A stretch of 64,000 nt of DNA, taken from positions 30,970 through 94,969 of the forward strand of contig CBFHMK010000008.1 of assembly GCA_965656965.1 (NCBI GenBank). Reading direction: 5' to 3'. This stretch comes from an uncultured Porticoccaceae bacterium (lineage in GTDB: Bacteria > Pseudomonadota > Gammaproteobacteria > Pseudomonadales > Porticoccaceae). Both the position numbers and the translations under genes were made by a program. Under the pieces are notes generated by a model. That model did not search any database and was not told where the DNA came from. It was given only the letters and a program-made list of their open reading frames with translations. Each line of letters opens with the position of its first letter. The first letter of the stretch is position 1. This document shows, one piece after another, positions 45,990-55,770 of the stretch.

Positions 45990-46670
45990 TTAGCTCAGAT
46001 GCTTGGGCAAAACTCGGTTGAGTACTTCCGAGATATAACTCAAAAACAGAGTACCCATGCTGCTTTTATAAAAATTGGGATCCGCATTGCCTAGGGCCAA
46101 AATGCCGTAGAGATTGTTGTAACGCAGAGGCACGGCCGCCACAGATCCTACTTGCAGACCTTTTTCGCCAAATAGAAAGGTCATTTCCTCTTCGCGCAGC
46201 ACACCGCACACCGCTCGGTTAGAGCCCAGTAGCGTGCCCACCTGTTCGTTGGCTTTTTCAAGGCTTGCTACGCGAGCCAGGGTGCGAGGCAGCACTGCTT
46301 CGTCACCTAGGAGAGTCAGGCTATAAAAATCTATAGCAAAGTCTTTACCCAGACTATCGTAAAGAATTTCTACCATTGCCGGCAGAGTTTTTGCATCCAA
46401 TAAATTCAATACCAATCGTTTGGTTTTTTCAAACAGCAGATCATTGTCATGAGCTGTTGCCAACATATTATCCAGGCGTCCGCGCATCTCTTTAATACGA
46501 TCACGCATTACACCCACCTGCCGTTCAACTAGAGAGACAGCACTGCCGCTATTATGGGGTAGTGTCAGAATCTCGAGAATATCAGGGTTTTTATCTAAAA
46601 AATCTGAGTTGTCGCGAAGGAATTCACGCACCATTTCTTCCGTTGAGTCGATCTGCTTTTCTTCACTCAT
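45990..46670 (-). CDS. DUF484 family protein (YigA-like)
   Basis: LPHNSGSAVSLVERQ, MGTLFLSYI; downstream of dapF. Confidence 0.92.
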   Translation of the reverse strand: MSEEKQIDSTEEMVREFLRDNSDFLDKNPDILEILTLPHNSGSAVSLVERQVGVMRDRIKEMRGRLDNMLATAHDNDLLFEKTKRLVLNLLDAKTLPAMVEILYDSLGKDFAIDFYSLTLLGDEAVLPRTLARVASLEKANEQVGTLLGSNRAVCGVLREEEMTFLFGEKGLQVGSVAAVPLRYNNLYGILALGNADPNFYKSSMGTLFLSYISEVLNRVLPKHLS

Positions 46671-47497
46671 ATTCGTATTCGCCCATGAAAAACACTGACT
46701 GCTGGTCCAGTCATCAATAGTGGCTCACTGCCACCTGGCCAGTCGATGCACAGGTCGCCACCAGTTAGATGTACCCTCACTGAAGAGTCTACCAGGTCCT
46801 GCTGTATCGCTGCCACTGCAGCGGCACAGGCACCAGAGCCACAGGCGCGAGTTTCGCCAACACCGCGCTCGAACACTCTCAGGTTAATATTTTGACGGTC
46901 GACAATCTCCATAAACCCCACATTAACCCTTTCGGGGAATCTGGGGTGTGCTTCTAGTTTAGCGCCAAGCTGAGCCACCGGGGCCTGTTCAATATCATCC
47001 ACCTGGAGCACAGCATGGGGATTACCCATCGAGACTGGGGCAATATTGTAGCTGATGCCGTCCACTTCAATGGGGTATAGCACTGCCTGTTGTTCCGCTT
47101 GAAAGGGAATTTTATCGGGCTGTAGCTGAGGAACGCCAATATCGACTTTGACCATCTTATTAGCGTTTAGCTCGAGCGTCATCACTCGATTCATGGTTTT
47201 TACCCGAATCGGGTTTTTGCCAGTCAGCTGACGATCCTGCACATAGCGAGCCAGGCACCGCGCGCCATTGCCACATTGCTCGACCTCGCCGCCATCCTGA
47301 TTAAAGATACGATAGTTAAAATCGATGCTGGGATCTGAGGGCGGTTCAATCACCAGTACCTGATCGCAGCCAATTCCCAGCGAACGATTGGCCAGGCGCT
47401 TGACCATAGAGGCCGAGACACGCACATTTTGGGTCACAGCATCTATGACAACAAAGTCATTACCCAGGCCATGCATTTTGGTAAATTTCATCAGCAT
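46667..47497 (-). CDS. dapF: Diaminopimelate epimerase
   Basis: FTKMHGLGNDF, EQCGNGARC, SMGNPH, ERGVGETRACGSG. Start at ATG 47497. Confidence 0.98.
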   Translation of the reverse strand: MLMKFTKMHGLGNDFVVIDAVTQNVRVSASMVKRLANRSLGIGCDQVLVIEPPSDPSIDFNYRIFNQDGGEVEQCGNGARCLARYVQDRQLTGKNPIRVKTMNRVMTLELNANKMVKVDIGVPQLQPDKIPFQAEQQAVLYPIEVDGISYNIAPVSMGNPHAVLQVDDIEQAPVAQLGAKLEAHPRFPERVNVGFMEIVDRQNINLRVFERGVGETRACGSGACAAAVAAIQQDLVDSSVRVHLTGGDLCIDWPGGSEPLLMTGPAVSVFHGRIRI

Positions 47498-47498
47498 A

Positions 47499-48767
47499 CT
47501 ATTGGCCCTGAGAGTTCGCTGGCAGCAGATGCTCACCCCGAACCAGATCGTCGAAAGTCTCACGAGCTCTTATGACATGGGTTTGATCACCAACTACCAT
47601 CAGTTCTGCGGCTCGGCCGCGGCTGTTGTAGTTAGAACTCATCACAAAACCGTAAGCGCCGGCAGAGAACAGAGCAAGAAAATCACCTGCCGCGATTGCT
47701 AGATTGCGATCTTTGCCTAAAAAATCCCCGGTCTCGCATACGGGTCCAACCACGTCGTACTGCAGCTTGGCGGCCGAGCTATAGGTGCTAAGCGGCTGAA
47801 TATCCATCCAGGCCTGATAAAGTGCCGGCCGCAGCATGTCATTCATGGCCGCATCCACTATGGCAAAATTCTTATCGCCATTGTTTTTAATAAACTGCAC
47901 CTGAGTCAGCAGTAGACCTGCATTGGCAGTAAGCGACCGCCCTGGCTCCAACACCAAACTCTCCTGTCGGCCCTCAAGACGAGGCAGTAGCTGCGTCATA
48001 TAGTCAGCTACTGAGGGAACATTTTCGTCTTGATAGCGCACACCTAAGCCGCCACCTATGTCTATATGATCCAAGTGAATACCCTGGTCTTTAAGCTGGT
48101 CCACTAACAACAGTAAGCGATCCATGGCGTCGATAAAGGGTTTGATCTCGGTGATCTGCGAGCCAATATGGCAGTCGACGCCAATCACAGAAATGTTGTC
48201 CATCTCCGCGGCGCTCTGGTATATCTGTGGTGCCAGATTAATATCTACCCCAAACTTATTCTCTTTAAGTCCAGTAGAAATATAGGGATGTGTTTTGGCG
48301 TCGACATCCGGATTAACGCGCATAGAGACTGAGGCAATACAGTTTTGCTCGGCTGCTGTTTTATTTAGCAGTTCCAATTCGGCTTCTGATTCCACATTAA
48401 AGCAGTGGATACCCACCTCTAGACCTCGGCGCATTTCATCGGCAGTTTTGGCAACTCCGGAAAATACGATTTTAGCGGGATCACCGCCGGCCATCAAAAC
48501 ACGTTCTAACTCACCTGCAGAGACGATATCAAAGCCAGCACCCAGGTTGGCCAGGGTTTGCAATACAGCGATATTAGAATTGGCCTTTACCGCGTAACAG
48601 ATTAAATGTTCTTGGTTACCTATGGCGGCTTGATAGGCCTGAAAGTTTTTTATCAGTGCAGCTTTACTGTAGACATAGCAGGGCGTACCAAACTGGTTGG
48701 CAATATCCTCAAGCGCAACATCTTCGAGATAGAGTCTGTGATTTTGAGTTGTAACTGTGTTGTGCAT
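47499..48767 (-). CDS. lysA: Diaminopimelate decarboxylase
   Basis: YAVKANSN PLP-Lys, DCHIGSQ, DIGGG, EPGRS, GPVCETGD. Confidence 0.98.
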   Translation of the reverse strand: MHNTVTTQNHRLYLEDVALEDIANQFGTPCYVYSKAALIKNFQAYQAAIGNQEHLICYAVKANSNIAVLQTLANLGAGFDIVSAGELERVLMAGGDPAKIVFSGVAKTADEMRRGLEVGIHCFNVESEAELELLNKTAAEQNCIASVSMRVNPDVDAKTHPYISTGLKENKFGVDINLAPQIYQSAAEMDNISVIGVDCHIGSQITEIKPFIDAMDRLLLLVDQLKDQGIHLDHIDIGGGLGVRYQDENVPSVADYMTQLLPRLEGRQESLVLEPGRSLTANAGLLLTQVQFIKNNGDKNFAIVDAAMNDMLRPALYQAWMDIQPLSTYSSAAKLQYDVVGPVCETGDFLGKDRNLAIAAGDFLALFSAGAYGFVMSSNYNSRGRAAELMVVGDQTHVIRARETFDDLVRGEHLLPANSQGQ

Positions 48768-48773
48768 GGAATC

Positions 48774-48905
48774 CTAGCTGTCTGTGTCAATTGTCTGGGT
48801 AGTCCCCTGATCGTCGGGAAGATATAAATCGCCTGTGTTGCCGCATCCGGTTAGACCGCCAAGCAGCAGCGAACAAGCTATAAACAGGTTAATTTGGCGA
48901 AACAT
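48774..48905 (-). CDS. lptM: Small outer-membrane lipoprotein LptM/YifL (LppL)
   Basis: LTGCGNTGDLYLP lipobox motif; conserved position upstream of lysA. Start at ATG 48905. Confidence 0.88.
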   Translation of the reverse strand: MFRQINLFIACSLLLGGLTGCGNTGDLYLPDDQGTTQTIDTDS

Positions 48906-48996
48906 GAGGGACCACCGCAAAAAATGTAAGTATAGCTGGACTGGTAGATCACAACCAAACAATTATACTGCGCACCTATAATTTGGGGAAAAGCGA

Positions 48997-49329
48997 ATGA
49001 ATGAAGCGGAATTTAACCAAACAGTCGATGATTTGATGTTTTCTATTGAAGAGGCTATCGACGACAGTGGCGCAGATCTGGACTATGAAAACAGCGCCGG
49101 TATGCTGACCATCACCTGTGAGGCCAATGGCTCGCAAATCATCCTGTCGCGGCAGCCCGCAATGTCTGAAATATGGCTGGCCGCGCGCTCTGGAGGTTTT
49201 CATTTTAAATTGACCTCTGAGCAGGGTGCCGAACGCTGGCGCAATACAGTGACTGGTGAACTCCTGTCAGAGATGCTCAACGGCGCCTGTCTGGCTCAGT
49301 CTGGAGAAACCCTTAACTTCGGCTTTTAA
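48997..49329 (+). CDS. cyaY: Iron donor protein CyaY (frataxin)
   Basis: [30 protein letters not shown]. Confidence 0.96.
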   Translation: MNEAEFNQTVDDLMFSIEEAIDDSGADLDYENSAGMLTITCEANGSQIILSRQPAMSEIWLAARSGGFHFKLTSEQGAERWRNTVTGELLSEMLNGACLAQSGETLNFGF

Positions 49330-50743
49330 GCCGCTGCAATGCTCTGCCAGCAGCAGCGCGCACCTGCTCTGGCGCTGTTCCGCCTAAATGGTTGCGGGCG
49401 GCTACAGACCCCTCAAGAGTAAGAATATCGAATACATCCTGATCAATCTGGTCGGAGAATTGTTGCAGCTCCTCAAGGGTCATTTCTGAGAGATCCCTGT
49501 TCTGTTCAATCCCATAGGCAACGGACTTGCCAACAATTTCATGGGAGTCACGGAAAGCAATACCTTTGCCGACCAAATAATCCGCTAAATCTGTGGCCGT
49601 AGAGAAACCTCGGCGTGCTGCTTCGTACATGGACTGTCTATTGGCCTGAATCGCAGGAACCATATCGCCGAAAGCTCGAAGACAGTCCATCACGGTATCC
49701 ACCGCGTCAAACAACGGTTCTTTATCTTCTTGATTATCTTTGTTGTAGGCTAGCGGTTGAGATTTCATCAGCGTCAGTAAGGCAATTAGATGACCATTGA
49801 CGCGGCCGGTCTTGCCGCGCACCAGCTCTGGCACATCAGGGTTTTTCTTCTGCGGCATAATAGAGGAGCCAGTGCAAAAGCGATCGGGTAGATTAACAAA
49901 CTGGAACTGTGCGGAGGTCCAGAGAACCAGCTCTTCGGACATGCGCGACATATGGGTCATCAGCATGCTGGAAAAGGCGCAAAATTCTATGGCGAAATCG
50001 CGGTCGCTGACAGAGTCTAGAGAGTTTTCTGTGGGCTTATCGAATCTCAGCTCGGCTGCTGTAAATTCGCGATTAATTGGATAGGTAGTTCCGGCCAGCG
50101 CCGCAGCGCCCAAGGGGCTTTGATTGAGTCGTTTTCGACAGTCCAGCAGACGACCATAGTCACGCTCTAGCATTTCATTCCAAGCCAGTAAATGATGGCC
50201 AAAGGTGACTGGCTGTGCAGTCTGGAGATGGGTAAAGCCGGGCATAATGCTATCTGCCTCAGCTACTGCCAGCTCCACCATGCCCTGTTGCAAATGAGTT
50301 AATAATGGCTGGATGGCGTCTATTTTGTCGCGCAACCAGAGACGAATATCAGTGGCGACCTGATCGTTTCTCGAGCGCCCGGTATGAAGTTTTTTGCCGA
50401 CAATACCAATACGATCTGTGAGTGCCGCCTCGATATTCATATGGACATCTTCTAGCTCCACAGACCAGATAAAGTCGCCGGCTTTAATCTGTTGGCCTAT
50501 CTCCTGCAAACCACTGGTAATCAAATCTAGCTCCTTTGAATCCAGCACACCGGCTGCGGCCAGCATTTTTGCATGAGCGAGAGAGCCTTGAATATCTTGA
50601 TGAGCTAATCTTTGATCGAAGTTAACCGACGCGGTAAAGCGAGCCACAAAGGCATCTACTGGCTCATTAAAGCGCCCACCCCAAGATTGATTGGTCTCCT
50701 CGACTTCAGGCGTTTTCGAACTATTTTTGTCAGAATTACTCAT
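49313..50743 (-). CDS. argH: Argininosuccinate lyase
   Basis: [41 protein letters not shown]. Confidence 0.99.
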   Translation of the reverse strand: MSNSDKNSSKTPEVEETNQSWGGRFNEPVDAFVARFTASVNFDQRLAHQDIQGSLAHAKMLAAAGVLDSKELDLITSGLQEIGQQIKAGDFIWSVELEDVHMNIEAALTDRIGIVGKKLHTGRSRNDQVATDIRLWLRDKIDAIQPLLTHLQQGMVELAVAEADSIMPGFTHLQTAQPVTFGHHLLAWNEMLERDYGRLLDCRKRLNQSPLGAAALAGTTYPINREFTAAELRFDKPTENSLDSVSDRDFAIEFCAFSSMLMTHMSRMSEELVLWTSAQFQFVNLPDRFCTGSSIMPQKKNPDVPELVRGKTGRVNGHLIALLTLMKSQPLAYNKDNQEDKEPLFDAVDTVMDCLRAFGDMVPAIQANRQSMYEAARRGFSTATDLADYLVGKGIAFRDSHEIVGKSVAYGIEQNRDLSEMTLEELQQFSDQIDQDVFDILTLEGSVAARNHLGGTAPEQVRAAAGRALQRLKSRS

Positions 50744-50867
50744 CGACGGGCTTACCCAGTTGTTTAAAGCGTGTCGAATTATAGCTAATCAGAGCCCTCA
50801 GGGGTAAAACTTCATGTTTAAAATAGGTATGATGGCCGAGCTCGAGTAAAACCCAAGGAGGGTAAGT

Positions 50868-51590
50868 ATGATCAAGGTATTGATCGTTGACGACGAGCTG
50901 ATAATGGGGTGTCACTTAGAGGGTCTGATATCAGCTTTAGAAAATATTGAAATCGTTGGTATGGTTACTGGGAGCTGTGAGGCCATCGCCTTGGCCGGCC
51001 AACAGAAACCAGATGTCTTACTGATAAAACTTCCTGCGCCAACCCTAGACGGAATCCCAATTGTCGATCTTCTGCAACAGACTGACTGCAATCCAGTAAT
51101 AATATTCTGTCCATCTTTTGAAAAATTTAGCCCTAGGTCTGAGGCTACTAAGCGATCAGCATCCTATAGAATGACGCTAATTTATCCTGAAGATTTATTG
51201 CCAGCCTTGTTAGCCGCCTGCAAGCTGATCCACAATAGGCGCCGAGAGCAAAGTGTCGAGCCGAGGCGCCATCTTTATGTATACTCCTACCTAGGCATCG
51301 AAAAAATCCCTGTTGAGAAAATCCTTTTGCTGAGGGCAGATCAGAAGTATGTCAAAGCCTATCTGGCTGACGCGGTATTCACCATTAACGATAGTCTGCA
51401 GAGTCTTGAAAAAGAATTTAAGCAGCGGTTTTTCAGAATTCATCGCAATGCTCTGGTGGCCATGGATGCGATCGAAGGATTGATCAATTCTGAGGGCTCT
51501 CTGCGGGTCAGTATTGAAGGTTTATCTGTTCAACCCTTAGTGAGTCGACGCAGAGCATCAAAATTACGACAATTATTGCGGCTTCTCTGA
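50868..51590 (+). CDS. algR: AlgR-like LytTR regulator with degenerate (pseudo-)receiver domain
   Basis: Positioned before hemC; LytTR motifs ADQKYV, RIHRNALV, VSRR. The receiver has Lys at the phospho-Asp position and lacks the conserved Thr and Lys-Pro. Confidence 0.75.
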   Translation: MIKVLIVDDELIMGCHLEGLISALENIEIVGMVTGSCEAIALAGQQKPDVLLIKLPAPTLDGIPIVDLLQQTDCNPVIIFCPSFEKFSPRSEATKRSASYRMTLIYPEDLLPALLAACKLIHNRRREQSVEPRRHLYVYSYLGIEKIPVEKILLLRADQKYVKAYLADAVFTINDSLQSLEKEFKQRFFRIHRNALVAMDAIEGLINSEGSLRVSIEGLSVQPLVSRRRASKLRQLLRLL

Positions 51591-51628
51591 CAATAGAGTT
51601 CAAATCGTCGATAATGTCTAACTAGACA

Positions 51629-52579
51629 TTGATTCAGGTTGATAATGTGACCCACACAATTCGTATAGCAACAAGAAAGAGCCCCCTGGCCCTATGGCAG
51701 GCCGAATATGTCAAGGCGCAGCTGCTGCTCCATCATCCGGCTATTGAGGTAGAGCTGGTCGCCATGAGTACTAGAGGCGATAAGTTGCTAGACACACCCT
51801 TGGCGAAAGTAGGCGGCAAAGGTCTGTTTGTTAAAGAGCTAGAGGTCGCTATGTTAGAGGGCAGAGCGGATATTGCTGTGCACTCGATGAAAGACGTGCC
51901 TATGGAATTTCCTGATGGTTTGGCGCTAGCAGTTATCTGCGAACGTGAAAATCCGTTGGACGCCTTTGTCTCCAATCATTACCAAAGTCTGGATCAGTTA
52001 CCCCAGGGCGCTGTAGTTGGTACATCTAGCCTGCGCCGTCAATGCCAGGTAAGAGCCAACTTTCCCAGCCTGCAAATCAAAGAGTTGCGTGGCAATGTCA
52101 ACACTAGGTTAGGTAAATTAGATGCCGGTGAATACGATGCTATTATTCTTGCTAGCGCCGGTCTGATTCGTTTGCAGATGGGCCATAGGATTGCCTCCTC
52201 GTTACCCTCGCAGTTATCTCTCCCCGCTGGCGGCCAGGGCGCTGTAGGCATCGAGTGTCGGACAGATGATCTGGATACCCTGGCTCTGTTGGCACCTTTG
52301 CACCACAGAGACACTGCTAGCTGCGTGCTCGCAGAGCGCGCAACTAACCGGCATTTACAGGGGGGCTGTCAGGTGCCTATCGCCTGCTTCGCTGAGCTTG
52401 ATTCCAATGGCCAAACTCTGGCGCTGCGCGGTCTGGTGGGAAGCGTAGATGGCGCAACCATATTGCGAGCCGATATTCAGGGTGCCCGGGAAAATGCCGA
52501 ACAGCTGGGGGTGCAAGTAGCCGAGCAGTTGTTGGCTGCTGGTGCTGGCGAAATTCTGGCTGAGGTCTATGGAAGCTAA
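51629..52579 (+). CDS. hemC: Hydroxymethylbilane synthase
   Basis: [39 protein letters not shown]. Start may be GTG 51647. Confidence 0.98.
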   Translation: MIQVDNVTHTIRIATRKSPLALWQAEYVKAQLLLHHPAIEVELVAMSTRGDKLLDTPLAKVGGKGLFVKELEVAMLEGRADIAVHSMKDVPMEFPDGLALAVICERENPLDAFVSNHYQSLDQLPQGAVVGTSSLRRQCQVRANFPSLQIKELRGNVNTRLGKLDAGEYDAIILASAGLIRLQMGHRIASSLPSQLSLPAGGQGAVGIECRTDDLDTLALLAPLHHRDTASCVLAERATNRHLQGGCQVPIACFAELDSNGQTLALRGLVGSVDGATILRADIQGARENAEQLGVQVAEQLLAAGAGEILAEVYGS

Positions 52580-53336
52580 TCCTGCAAGACCTCAATCTGT
52601 CCTAGTGGTGAGGCCATTACGACAGCAAGATGCATTTTTGCAGCTGCTTGAGCGGGCGCATATTGATTATCAATACAGACCGATTATGCGTATCCAGCCG
52701 ATTGTTGAGGGGGAGCCGGAGGCAGAGCTAGTTAAAAATTTGGTACTGCGCTTTGCTGAATTCGATCAGGCTATTTTTATCAGCGCCAATGCGGCGGAAT
52801 TAGCCATCAACTGGCTGGATGAATACTGGCCCATGTTACCTTCGGGTATAGACTATTTTGCGGTGGGCCAACAGACAGCACAGATACTTAATCAGTACGG
52901 TTGTCAGGTCTTGGCTCCGCAGCAGCAAAACACCGAAGGCCTGTTGCAGGAAATGCCACAGTTACAAAAGCTTAAGAATAAATCGGTGATTATTTTTCGT
53001 GGCGGTGGTGGTCGCACCACATTGGGAGAAACCCTGGAAAGCCGCGGCGCTTCCGTAAGCTATTGTGAGTTATACCAACGAATCATAGAGCCAGATAAGG
53101 TTTTGGAGGCTCAGGCATTGCTGCCGGAAACCGGCTGCATAGTCGCGCATAGTGGCGAGTTATTGCAGGCTCTGGGTTTATCTAGCTGCTCTTCTACCGC
53201 ACTAGTAGTACCCAGTCAGCGGGTGGCCGAAATGGCCTGCGATTTAAATTATCAGAATATCCATATCGCCGAAAATGCCTTGCCTGAATCGATGTTTAAA
53301 GCAGTACAGATTGCGTTGGCCCAGTCTGTCTTTTAA
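52569..53336 (+). CDS. hemD: Uroporphyrinogen-III synthase
   Basis: [32 protein letters not shown]; after hemC. Start at ATG 52569. Confidence 0.92.
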   Translation: MEANPARPQSVLVVRPLRQQDAFLQLLERAHIDYQYRPIMRIQPIVEGEPEAELVKNLVLRFAEFDQAIFISANAAELAINWLDEYWPMLPSGIDYFAVGQQTAQILNQYGCQVLAPQQQNTEGLLQEMPQLQKLKNKSVIIFRGGGGRTTLGETLESRGASVSYCELYQRIIEPDKVLEAQALLPETGCIVAHSGELLQALGLSSCSSTALVVPSQRVAEMACDLNYQNIHIAENALPESMFKAVQIALAQSVF

Positions 53337-53407
53337 TCTAAGATCATATTAGTCTAGGCAGCAGGCACAAACGTCTTGTGAATGGCAACAGTAGTAGAGG
53401 TCAGATA

Positions 53408-54556
53408 GTGACGGAAAAAAACAAGCAGACGGAAACTCCATCAAAGCCCGATGATACGGCTAAGGCCAAGACTCAGCAGGCCAAGCCAAAAGTTGCCGCT
53501 GCAAAACCTGATTCTAAGCCCTCTTTTGGTTTTCAGGGTATCTTAAGGCTTCTACTTACATTGTTTGTTCTGACTATTCTGGGCGCAGTGGGCTGGGTTG
53601 GTTGGATGCAGTGGCAGGAAGGTATGACAGAGATAAATGCTAGTAGCATCGAACTGTCTAGGCTGGAAGGGACCATAAACAAACTAGAGAAGCAGCGCCG
53701 TCAGGATCAGGACCGCCAGGCCGTGCAGATGCAAATTATCCAGCAAATGCAGCAGGACCTCACAGACCTGCAGTTGCGGACCAATAGTCTCGGTGCCCGC
53801 CTCGCAGAACTGGGGTCCACCACGCGCAGCGATTGGTTGCTTGCTGAGGCTCTCAATCTTGCCCGCTTGGCCAATCATCGACTGCAAACAGAGCGCAGTA
53901 CGAGAAATCCTCTGGCGCTGTTAGAGAGCGTGGATAAGATTCTTCAGGAGTTAGATGATCCGCAGCTACTGCCGGTGCGAAGTGCCGTGATGGCTGATAT
54001 GAGTGCCCTGCGCCTCGTAGATCAGGTAGACCTCGAGGGTATTTTTCTCGAGCTGGGTATTCTGATTAAGGCCATTGAACGTCTAGAGATACAGGGCGCC
54101 TATGGTAAGTCTCCAATACCAAAAGAGTCTTCTGAGCTGCAGCAGGATCAGCCTAAAAAACTCAATGAATTAGCGGTTGGTTTCACCGAAAAACTCAGTC
54201 AGTTGATCACCATAAGGCATCGAGAGCAGACCATAGAGCCTCTTTTGCAGCCCACTGAAGAAGCCCTGCTGAGACAAAACTTGCGGCTGATGCTTGAGCA
54301 ATCACAGGCTGCCCTATTGCGTGAGCAGCAGGCTGTTTACAGCGAAAGCCTGAGCAAGGCGCAGAGCTGGTTGGCAAGCTACTTTCAGCATAATCCCAAT
54401 GCCCGTCTAGTGGAGCAACAGCTTGCCGATCTGGTAGAGGTCAAGATTGTGCAGCAATTACCGCCAATAAATGGCTCGCTTGCAGCGCTCGAAAATTACC
54501 TATTGATACGCCAAAGCCGTCTGTCAGATCCCGCTGAACCGGAGTCCCTTCAGTGA
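53408..54556 (+). CDS. hemX: HemX family membrane protein
   Basis: N-terminal TM, coiled coil, DWLLAEA..LARLA, LRQNLRLMLEQ. GTG start 53408. Confidence 0.9.
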   Translation: MTEKNKQTETPSKPDDTAKAKTQQAKPKVAAAKPDSKPSFGFQGILRLLLTLFVLTILGAVGWVGWMQWQEGMTEINASSIELSRLEGTINKLEKQRRQDQDRQAVQMQIIQQMQQDLTDLQLRTNSLGARLAELGSTTRSDWLLAEALNLARLANHRLQTERSTRNPLALLESVDKILQELDDPQLLPVRSAVMADMSALRLVDQVDLEGIFLELGILIKAIERLEIQGAYGKSPIPKESSELQQDQPKKLNELAVGFTEKLSQLITIRHREQTIEPLLQPTEEALLRQNLRLMLEQSQAALLREQQAVYSESLSKAQSWLASYFQHNPNARLVEQQLADLVEVKIVQQLPPINGSLAALENYLLIRQSRLSDPAEPESLQ

Positions 54557-55767
54557 GAAAACTCCTCCTGATAATAGTTCTGGCGCTGCTTATTGGCGCA
54601 GCCAGCATCTGGCTACTGCAACAGGGCAGCGGCTATGTGCTAATTGTTTTTGCTGACACCAGTATTGAAATGAGCGTTTGGGTCGGGGTCGCGATTTATC
54701 TGCTACTAACCGGGCTACTTATCTGGCTATTGCTGGCTATCCGCTGGCTTGTGGCAGCTGGAGGTATTCGCCAGTGGTGGGCTGAACGGCGCAATAGTAA
54801 ACAGGTCAGCAAAACTGTCCAGGGGCTGTTGCTGTACACAGATCAGGATTGGCAAAAGGCCAGCATAGTTCTCTCTCAGTCAGCCGATCGCTCCTCTATG
54901 CCGGTGGTAAATTTATTATTTGCCGCCCGTGCTGCGATAGAAAATCACAAGCTTACTGCGGCAAGGCAGTTGCTGGAGCGCCTTAAGCTAAATTATCCCA
55001 AGGCGCGCCTGCTTGCTGACAAAGCATTGGCCGAGCTGTTGATAATGACAGAAGATTTCGACCAGGCTATAGAAATACTAAAGCCCCTGCATCGTGCGAA
55101 ACCTAGTGATACTGGTGTGTTACGCCTTTTAGTTGACACCTATTGTCTGCAGTTGGACTGGGGGTCTGCACAAAAACTGCTTTACGACATCAAGTATTAT
55201 GGAGCGCTTGACAAGCAGGACTTAACGCTGCTTGAAGCAGATGTTTATAGTCATCTGATTGGCGACTTCGTCGCCGACCCAGAGCTTAATCAGTATGAGC
55301 AACAGAATCAGTTGGTGGAACTCTGGGAGCTACTGCCTCGCTCTCTGCGCAAGATGCCAGAACTGGTGGCCCAATATGCTGATGCACTGGCAAAGGTTGA
55401 TGCCAAAGATAAATTACAGCCCCTGTTAACTAAGGCGCTAAGTCACAACTGGCACCCTGAGCTAGTTGAACGATTTGGCCTTTTAGAGACAGCGGCGCCA
55501 GAGAAGCAGTTGGCTCTGGCCGAAAAGTGGTTGCCGAGCCATAAAGACGATGCCGGGTTACTACTGGCTCTGGGGCGTATTTGTCGACGCCTGGGTTTTA
55601 TGGGTAAAGCCAAAGATTATTTTAGCAGTACCATTGGACTAGATCCCTGCCCCCAGAGCTATCTTGAAATGGCGGATATCCTTAAGGAAATGGGGGATAT
55701 CTCCGGCAGTGCAAAAGCCAGTCGCGCAGGCCTCGAGGCAGGGCTTAATTTTGCAGATGAGCAATAG
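54553..55767 (+). CDS. hemY: HemY family TPR membrane protein
   Basis: GYVLI..IEMS, TPRs, LLALGRIC; follows hemX. Confidence 0.9.
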   Translation: MRKLLLIIVLALLIGAASIWLLQQGSGYVLIVFADTSIEMSVWVGVAIYLLLTGLLIWLLLAIRWLVAAGGIRQWWAERRNSKQVSKTVQGLLLYTDQDWQKASIVLSQSADRSSMPVVNLLFAARAAIENHKLTAARQLLERLKLNYPKARLLADKALAELLIMTEDFDQAIEILKPLHRAKPSDTGVLRLLVDTYCLQLDWGSAQKLLYDIKYYGALDKQDLTLLEADVYSHLIGDFVADPELNQYEQQNQLVELWELLPRSLRKMPELVAQYADALAKVDAKDKLQPLLTKALSHNWHPELVERFGLLETAAPEKQLALAEKWLPSHKDDAGLLLALGRICRRLGFMGKAKDYFSSTIGLDPCPQSYLEMADILKEMGDISGSAKASRAGLEAGLNFADEQ

Positions 55768-55770
55768 TCG

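Noticed and set aside
49313-49329. Convergent 17-nt overlap of cyaY and argH as antisense regulation
   Set aside because: Short 3' overlaps are common in compact genomes; no other evidence.
50791-51501. Isolated 11-12 nt matches to the tandem-repeat unit (CTGAGGGCTCT, minus strand near 50791; plus strand near 51490)
   Set aside because: Too short to distinguish from chance, and one lies inside a coding sequence.
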